Source: Neophaeotheca triangularis | Taxonomy: Eukaryota | DNA: 20,000 bases | Reading direction: 5' to 3' | Assembly (NCBI GenBank): GCA_054600435.1 | Contig: BAAIJX010000075.1 | Coordinates: 55,061-75,060 of the forward strand | In this document: positions 12,317 to 20,000 of the stretch, one piece after another | How the letters are laid out: every line of letters begins with the position of its first letter | Numbering within the stretch: the stretch's first letter is position 1 | Notes under the pieces: generated by a model | Databases searched by the model: none | What the model saw: the letters and a program-made list of their open reading frames with translations, nothing else | Told to the model about the DNA's origin: nothing | Position numbers and translations under genes: made by a program

Positions 12317-12724
12317 GCGGCAAGTTACAAGTTCAGGGGGGGGAGGGTCGTGTGAGGAGGAGGAGTGAGTTGCAAGGGGGTATAGAGCAAGAAGAGGCAA
12401 AGACGAGGAACACGATCTATTGAAGGAGAAGAACAGAGTAACAAGAGTAAAGTAGAGCAAGGTATGGTTGCTTGTTCTGGTTGTTGGACCCAAGTAGCCT
12501 GCCTACCCTGACGACATCATTATTGGCCGACAGACGTCGCATTTAAGCGCGAGATTAAGCGCGACGCTACTCGCTTTCGGACTAGCCTGCTGTCGTATCA
12601 GCTCGCTTATCGCCTCCATACCGTCCGCCTCGAACGCCACTCCAAACTTCCATTTCGAAACATCATCTTCGTATCGCCGTAGCACAAACAACCCTTGGAA
12701 GACCGACCAGCGTTACCAACGGCA

Positions 12725-13165
12725 ATGGCACCCTGGCTAGCTTTCCTAGAAGCGTGGGCCGTCCAGCAACTCCTTCGCACCCCCGGCTTCCACCGCGGCG
12801 TCGAGAAGTTCGCTAAAACCGTCTACCGCTACCGCAACAATCTGCCGCCGGAACAGAAAGGCGGCACCCACCTTGACGATCCTTCAAAACAGAGCTTCGT
12901 CAAGCATTACTTTGAGGAGTTGCAGACGCAGCTCGGGCGAGCGGAGAGGAAGGAACAGCAGCAGAGGGTTACGAGGGCGCCTGGTGGGAAGCCGGGGGTC
13001 AAAGAGGAGCCGATGGATGAGAGCGCGGATGGGGCTTGGAGGGAAATCAGCCGGGGGATGAAAGCGGAGGAGGTGAAGGGGGGCAATGGGGCTAAGAAGA
13101 GTGGACAGGGTTTCTTGGGGGAATATTCTGAAGCTCTTAGGCAGCAGTTTCGAGGCGGCAAGTGA
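12725..13165 (+). CDS. MRX7: Small MRX7-like (MIOREX complex component 7) mitochondrial protein
   Basis: The N-terminal EAWAVQQLLRTPGFHRGVEK resembles the yeast Mrx7 segment as I recall it (EEWFYYKLLSSPGFHRFVRK). The rest is a charged, low-complexity tail. ATG at 12725; no intron needed. Confidence 0.65.
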   Translation: MAPWLAFLEAWAVQQLLRTPGFHRGVEKFAKTVYRYRNNLPPEQKGGTHLDDPSKQSFVKHYFEELQTQLGRAERKEQQQRVTRAPGGKPGVKEEPMDESADGAWREISRGMKAEEVKGGNGAKKSGQGFLGEYSEALRQQFRGGK

Positions 13166-13179
13166 AGGAAAGAAGAATG

Positions 13180-13690
13180 CTTGTATGAGCACTCCCGCCT
13201 GCCGAGAAATTCAGCAAGGGGTAATGGTTAAGCGGAAGCGGCCAAACCGGCGTGCGAGCGCTGAGGCAGTCCCATCCAGTTACTTCGCGGCAGACCGCAA
13301 GGCCCGAGTCATGCGGCTTTCTGCGCAACGGCCCAACCGCCCGTGCAAGTGACCATCTTTCCAAAGAGTCGCCGCATGGAAAGCGCAACTCATTCATCGG
13401 CCGCAAAAAAAGCCTACGGAGAGACTCGGCCTGACCAGCCAGCCCGGAAAATGGAAAACGGACGCTTAGAGTCAGTCCAATTCCCTTCTTGGCGGTCGAT
13501 GACCGACTAGCACCAATCTTGCGGCTGCCGAAGCTTCGACAAGCGCGACGGCCTTGCGCCAGAAGATGGCATTGCTGACAAGCGCAATGTAAGAAACCCC
13601 TCAAGTGGCCTCGTGGACGAGTGCGTCTCAGCGGCCGCGAGACGCCTGCAGGCAGAGAGACAGCGAAATACTTCTGCCTCCCCTATAGGT
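13180..13690 (-). ncRNA. Candidate structured non-coding RNA of unknown family (boundaries approximate)
   Basis: Dense run of hairpins with no credible protein ORF; several stems close with G-U pairs only on the minus strand (see findings). Confidence 0.35.
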
Positions 13691-14024
13691 TGGTGAAGGC
13701 GAACTACTAGTGTCAAGCACCGCAGCAGTTGAGGGAGACATTGCTTTCAATGATCCGAGCTTAACAGTAATGGAGATAGCTTAGTCTTTCACCTTCAGAA
13801 CTACCTTAGAGTCTTAGCTTTCCCACTCATGTTTCTAAGTAAAATCTTCTATAAAGAAAACTATACCAAACTCCTGAAAGTCCCCTCTCACGTCATCTTT
13901 GTTAAATGCAAAGCGTCGGTCCAAAGCGTCATCGAAAATCTGATGGTGGCAGCCGCAGCTCTTAAGGAAAAGAATCAAGCGTCTAGGTTGCCGAAAGGAC
14001 TCGAAGGTGTTAAAGTTATTCTCG

Positions 14025-14339
14025 CTAGTTCTGCTGATTGTTCGATCATCTGCAATAAGCTTGTAGCTATCACACTACGTAGTCTTCGTTGTCTTCGTTG
14101 AATACGGGGCAAGAATCGGAGGGGCCGAAGGGGAGGCAATGATGGCGGCCGGTGGCCCTTCTCCTTGCTCTAGGTCTTCGAGGAAAGAGATGAAGTGTCG
14201 AGGTCGATTCTAAGGTGCTATTTAGAATTGTTCTTACTAGTTCTGCTGATTGTCTATCTACGCACTTAGTTCTTTACGAGGAAGCCGTCGAGGGGACGAT
14301 GCCAAGGGTCGAATGGCCCTTCTCCTTGCTCTAGGTCTT
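14025..14339. repeat. Degenerate direct duplication with A-B...A-B layout
   Basis: Exact 17-mer CTAGTTCTGCTGATTGT at 14025-14041 and 14237-14253. Exact 26-mer TGGCCCTTCTCCTTGCTCTAGGTCTT at 14153-14178 and 14314-14339. Confidence 0.85.
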
Positions 14340-16387
14340 GGGTGAGAAGAGAAAGGCAAGTCGAGAATGCGAGGGTCTAGAAAAAGAGAGTCCCCCAAGT
14401 TGACCTACCTGGAGCATATCCATGTGCCGACCGCTTTTCAAAACGAAATTATTGCACTCAAAGGTCTGCTAGTCTTCGGCTCCATCTGATCGTCGTCGTC
14501 GAGCTTTCACGGATCTATTGGGCGAACACACCATCTATGGTCAAGATACTACATCTCTGCCTTCTCGGCACTTACACTGTCTCGGCTCACTAGTCATCCT
14601 TACACTATAACGAAGAGGTCGCGTGACAAGATCGTAATTATTCCAGCCATGATCCCAGCTTACCTGTTCGCCTCAACCAGATTCGCTCCCGGCAGTCTGT
14701 GGCGAACGAGGAGTGCGCGAGGTGTGTAGCATCTCTTGACTTAAGGCGGTAGTCTGGTATCTTGCACGCGAAAGCACGGTGGCGCCGAGCAGCTTCGACT
14801 GCCCGGTTTAACGCGCACCTAGGCAATGGCCTGCCTCCACGAGTCCGTCTTTCTTCTGGAGCTCTCGAAATTCGAATGCAGTCGAACAGTGTGATCCAAA
14901 AAGGCAAAGGCAATACTGACAAGGTACGCGACCGCTTCCACGGGCGTCACAAATGCCTAGGTATGGCTCCGGAAGCACCGTAGCCGAGCACCATGTTTCC
15001 TTAATCATCTATCATGGCCGAAGGGCTCTCCACGGCGCCCATCCTTGCTACACCGTACTTTGGCTCTTCTTCTCCATCTGACGTCGAAGCAGCAACTCCG
15101 AGAACTTCTCGCACAACCGCGTCCTGCTCTTGCGCTATATCCACTATCCCGTTTACCTGTTCAAGCTTCTTCAAAGACCCGTCACCAAACAACTCTGGCC
15201 AAAGGAGGGAGATCGTCCTCCGACAGGCCTCGGGTAAGCTGCGCGACCGTGACGCTATTGAAAACCGCGGTCCAAGTTGGGACGGTATCAATGTACAGTA
15301 GCGCTAGGAAAACCATGACCAGGGACCTGGATGAAGATGAGCGAGCTGACGATCACCATTGCGGCGGTGGGAACTGCAGGCCGGATTCTGGTCGAACCAG
15401 GGCTGAAGGAGAATATTCGACCAGAGTTGTCCCACCTTTGAGACGCGGTGGAAACAAACAGCGCCTTTTTGGCGTAAAACATGGCCGTCTCGATCAACAA
15501 GCGCGCCTCGGGTGACCATCTCGAGTTCGGTTTTGTTTCGCATCCGGCTGCGGTGATGGAAGTGCTGAACCTGACTACGAAAGCGTAAAGATTTTCTCCA
15601 CTCTATATGCAGAGTCCGAGGCATCTTCGTTCTTGGAGTTCATGTCCTTTTTACAAAATAGCGAGTGGTTTTGTTCAAAATGTGACGAGAATAGATACTA
15701 GAGCATCGCGGTCTTCATCAGCTCAAATTTCCAGTTCGGTGAATCAGGACATGATGTAACTGTTCATCGCTATGACTTTTTATCACAGTGCCTGGCTCAA
15801 TCCATAGGTGGGTTAACCTGGGAATCGGTTGCCGTTGCTGTTGCAAGATTCTTCGTCAATCTCTCCCCACAATCGACCAAGGCGCTTGATATTAGTCCGA
15901 TGGTTCAGGGTCAACGGCGACTTATAAGGTATCGAATCCGGCATGATATGACCCAAGGGCAGGTCCTGAAAACTCATTACAACCGTGTTCTCCAGGGTGG
16001 CGAGAGGTCCCTGAGCTGCGTTGTGATACTGGCCAAGATAGCCCAAAGATCGGCATAGTCTCCGGTGAATAACACACATGTTCTATTTCGAAGGCGCGCT
16101 GAACGATGGCGTGCACAGCAATTTTGATATTATGAGGGAGTGGACGTTAAATTGAACCTTTGGAAGGACTAAACACCTCATTAGGTGAAGTACTACCGTA
16201 CTATGGACGTATACGTCTTAGCGCATATGGCCCAAGCTCATCTCAAAAAGTGCAGTACGCCGACGGTTGCTTTGCAAGATGAAGCTACCGTACATACCTC
16301 TTAGTATTTGATGTACCACTCACGCCCTCACCCTCACCATCACCTTCATCCGATGCGCCGTAGTTGAAGGCGCCCTATAATCCAGAC

Positions 16388-18870
16388 ATGGACGACTTCG
16401 CCAAATTGCACTCGTCCATCTCCTCCGCGGTAGTAGCGACGACGCGCAACGCCAGCGAGCTCGCTGCCGAAGACCTTTCCTTCTACCGTTCACTCGACAG
16501 CGGCATAGCGCGCAGCCTCGACGCCCAGAATGCGCGGCTTCTCGATCTTGCGCAACGTCTGGCAGGCTCTGCGACTGCGAACACGGAGACTGTACGTCCT
16601 CGCCTGAGATCGGTGGAGGACGTCGAGGGCAACTGGAATAGCGTTGTTGATGTTATCGACAGTCTGCTCGAGCGCGCGGATACTGCCTTGGATGAGTTTA
16701 CGGGGGCGGTGAAGAGGTTGACGCCGACGGCGGAGCAGCAGGTGAGTTGAGCTGTGAAGTTGCGCCATGCGGAAAGGGATGCTGATCAAGTCTGTAGGCA
16801 GCAAAGAGTGTTCAGCCCCGACCTTCCAAAATCGCCAATGCGCTCAGAAACCAGGATTTGGAGAAGCCTCAGCTACTGTTTAAACACGGCCCCGAGAACA
16901 ACGCGACAGACCCTTTCGTGCCCCTGCTCGAAGCCAAACCGCATTCGACAGTACCTCTGGAGCTGAAGCCAGAGCCTACCGACGATGGCACACAAGTCCA
17001 GTACCAGCATCCTTACCAGCAGGAGATTGAGCAATACTCGTACCCTCCATCCATGTACACACCCTCGGAACCCATCGTGTACCACCCTTTCGATCAGACT
17101 ACAGCAACGCTCGTGGATACCGAGGAGGAAATGGTGGCTATGCTGGAAGAGTTGAAGCAGGCAAAGGAGATTGCTATCGATTTGGAGCATCACGACCAAC
17201 GCTCGTACATCGGCATCGTCTCGCTCATGCAGATCAGCACTCGCGACAAAGATTGGATTGTGGATACCCTTAGGCCGTGGAGAAGAAAGCTTTCTTTGCT
17301 GAACGAGGTCTTTGCCGACCCATCAATCATCAAGGTCTTGCATGGTGCATATATGGACGTCGTTTGGCTGCAGCGGGATCTCGGACTGTACCTTGTAGGA
17401 CTGTTCGACACCCACTATGCTTGCCGGGCTCTAGGGTATCCTGGAGGCAGCCTTGCTTTTTTGTTGAAGAAGTTTGCAAATGTGGATGCCCAGAAGCAGT
17501 ATCAAACAGCAGACTGGCGTATCAGACCACTTCCGAAAGAGCTCTTCGACTATGCGAGGAGTGACACACACTTCCTTCTCTACATCTTCGATTGCATGCG
17601 TAATGAATTGATACAAAAGTCCGACTTTACCATCCCGAACCACGAGAAGGACAAGATCAACGATGTTCTCGAGCGTAGCCGCGACACAGCGCTGCAGCGC
17701 TACGAGCGGCCCATCTACGACACCGAGTTTGGCCAGGGACCGGCAGGATGGTACAAGATGTTGGACCGAACGCCTGCGCTGTTCAACAAGGAGCAATTCG
17801 CCGTCTTCAAAGCAGTCCACAAATGGCGTGACGATGTTGCCAGAGAGCAAGACGACAGCGTACACTATGTCATGGCCAACCACAATATTTTCAGCATTGC
17901 GAAAGCGCTGCCAGCCACACGCGCCGAGCTTCTCTCTGTCGCTCAGCCCACAACGCAAACGGTCCGACTACGTGCGGACGAGCTGCTAGCTGCCATTCAG
18001 CGGGCAAAGAAGGACGCCCCTAACGGCCCCGAGATGATGGAAGTACTCAAGAAGGTCGACCCAAAGCCACGATCATGGGCGAAGCACCAAACCGCACAAC
18101 CTCAAAGCCTTGCCTCCTACTTGCCCAAGCAGCAACCCAACGGCGTCTCAGACGGACTTGCAGCCTCCTCCAGCCTCCCTCTCCGCAGCTCCTCCTCCAA
18201 CTTCTGGGGTAACGCCCTTCCCTCCAACCCCCAGGAGCAAACGCAAAACCGAAGCCTATCCACCACCGTAGGCCTCTCACTCGCCGTGCCCCTCCCACCC
18301 CTCAGCGCCGACAATTTCCTCGACGCCAGCGACCTTCCCACTCCCCTCCAACTCCCTGAGCCAGGACCAACTCAACAACAACTACCCCAACAAGGAACAG
18401 AAGACGAAGCAGATGACACCTTCGTCCTCAAAAACATGCCCGCAGGCAACAAGAACAAAAAACGCAAACGGCAATCCCCACCGCCTTCCTCCAAAGACAC
18501 CACCGACGGCATGGCCGCCCAAACCGACGAAGTCGCTCTCGATGGCACCCCGGCCACCTCGTCCGAGCCCGCCGACATCGAAACCAAACGCGCCGCCAAA
18601 GCCGCCCGCAAAGCCGCCAAGCGCGCTCGTAAAGAGCAAGAGCAAGAACAAGCTCCGGCTGGCGAAGAGCAGCCTTTCGACTATGCTTCGGCGCCTTCGG
18701 TGCTGGATCCTAGGTCTGGGGAGAGTTGGGCCGATCGTAAGAAGCGCGAGAAGGAGAATAAAAAGGCTGGTAAGGGAGCGATCAATCCTTTTGCGAAGAG
18801 TTTGGATGCGCCCAAGGGTTTGGGGAGGGTGCAAAAGGAGCGGGCTGGGAAGGGAGGGACGTGGAGGTGA
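16388..18870 (+). CDS. RRP6: Nuclear exosome 3'-5' exonuclease Rrp6; exon 1 16388-16741, intron 16742-16797, exon 2 16798-18870
   Basis: PMC2NT-like N-terminus (DLSFYRSLD, VVDVIDSLLERADTALDE). DEDD-Y exonuclease motifs IAIDLEHH, LMQISTR, LHGAYMDVVWLQRDLGLY, YQTADWRIRPLP, YARSDTHFLLYI. HRDC domain (WRDDVAREQDDS) and a basic C-terminal tail. The 56-nt phase-0 intron reads GTGAGT...GCTGAT...TAG. Confidence 0.97.
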
Positions 18871-19801
18871 GGTCGTGGAGGCGAGGATATTGAGTTGAGT
18901 GAGGTTTCGATGAGGGGTGGCGAGCGGCTGGAGGTAAAGCGGTGTAGTATACTTTTACAAAGACCAGCGTTGGCTGTCTGTCTAGCGAGACATGGGTCTC
19001 TTCGATCACTAGCCTAGCTCGCTCATATGGCGAGAATGAACACCATCAAATCCACCCATCCATCCACCCATTCATTCCGTCATACTCAGCCGTCATACTC
19101 AATCCCATGACATCTCGAATATCAACGAAAAAGTCCGATAGTTGCCGGCACCGGCTTTCCACCACGACTCGAAATCTCTGCCGTGTGCGGCGTCTGATTT
19201 CGACAAGGCTTGGGTGCTACGCTACATCCACCACGATTCGCTATTCTATCCTGCCGGCTTCAATCGTCTTGCCTCATTCTTGTCACCTGGGGCCCAGTGG
19301 CATTGTTGCTGACAGACAAGGGTTACAGGAAATAGGCTCAGCAATTTCGGGACCGCGTCGGGACCGGCGTCCCTTCGCTATGTGGTTCGCCACGGCAGCT
19401 TAAAGTTATATGGCTTCAGGGGAGGTTTCGTTTGGTCTGCGATCTGGCGTCTTTTGCTGGAGTCGAGGAGCTGAGAGTGCATGGTGAGTGTTGATCAGTC
19501 GTGGGATGACAATGTCATTCAGTGGTGGGTACTCTTGGGTAGGGTTGGGGGGGGGGATGGTTTGGATTCAAGGACGTATACATGTCGCTGGCAGCACGCC
19601 GGCCTTGAGAGGTCGTCTTGCCGGGCCAGTTTTCTCGCCATACTCCATTGCATCCACACATCATCATCGTCGGTTGACATACCTGCCCCGTGTCCAACTG
19701 GGTGGGCTTGTGTAGCTGGTGTCCTCCAGGTTACACAGCTTCTAGCGAGACGCACGCTATCCGCCATCTCCGTGACGATTACGGCTACGGCGTGGAAGAA
19801 A

Positions 19802-19802
<1 letters not shown>

Positions 19803-19868
<66 letters not shown>
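19803..19868 (+). repeat. Poly-G homopolymer (66 nt)
   Basis: Uninterrupted G run read directly from the sequence. Confidence 0.95.
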
Positions 19869-19871
<3 letters not shown>

Positions 19872-20000
19872 GTTTTGTTGTTGAGGGAGTGGGGTCGCAA
19901 GGATTGCGAGGGGGAGGGAGAGCGCGAAGGTCTGGCAGGACAGACGGACCATTTTTGCTCTGCTGAGTTTGATTAGGTAGGTATTTGGGGGTCCCTGATT

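Noticed and set aside
14025..14339. CRISPR-like array or LTR pair
   Set aside because: Only two copies of each block with unequal spacing, eukaryotic context, no TG...CA termini or target-site duplication seen.
15813..16079. Faint TPR/NLR-like look (LGQYHNA, PLTLNHRTN)
   Set aside because: Similarity too weak, not repeated, and no NACHT or NB-ARC remnant nearby.
13180..16300. Telomerase RNA, snR30/U17, RNase P/MRP, SRP or U3 as the identity of the structured region
   Set aside because: No TAACCCTAA/TTAGGGTTA template; no snR30 m1 (AUAUUCCUA) with m2 near an ACA box; GAAAGTCCCC at 13876 lacks a matching MRP CR-V; no complete SRP helix 8 or U3 box set seen by eye.
19471..19500. TPP riboswitch (CTGAGA motif here and at ~10568)
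   Set aside because: No downstream ACTTGATC...GTAAT...GCG core and no thiamine-related gene nearby.
19481..19966. Poly-Gly ORFs at the right end
   Set aside because: Produced by translating the poly-G run; the flanks are not protein-like.

Overview
This is eukaryotic DNA from a filamentous ascomycete, judged from short GT-AG introns with CTAAC/CTGAT branch points and GC-rich codons; a Dothideomycete is plausible but not provable here. The window is a gene-dense, mostly housekeeping region with 8 protein genes: a secreted GH95 alpha-L-fucosidase (truncated at the left edge), an AMMECR1-family protein, an AsaB/CmcJ-like putative Fe(II)/2OG enzyme, NOP56 head-to-head with CCT6, a PTP1-like tyrosine phosphatase head-to-head with an MRX7-like protein, and RRP6. 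The unexplained parts are: (1) a 3.2 kb gap between MRX7 and RRP6 holding a ~500 nt hairpin-dense segment that folds better on the minus strand (candidate structured ncRNA) next to a TpA-rich, RIP-like degenerate tandem repeat; (2) three candidate introns outside any annotated CDS; (3) a 66-nt poly-G run. I found no tRNA, rRNA, CRISPR array or intact transposon, and I cannot claim a new biological system. The ncRNA candidate is the best lead.
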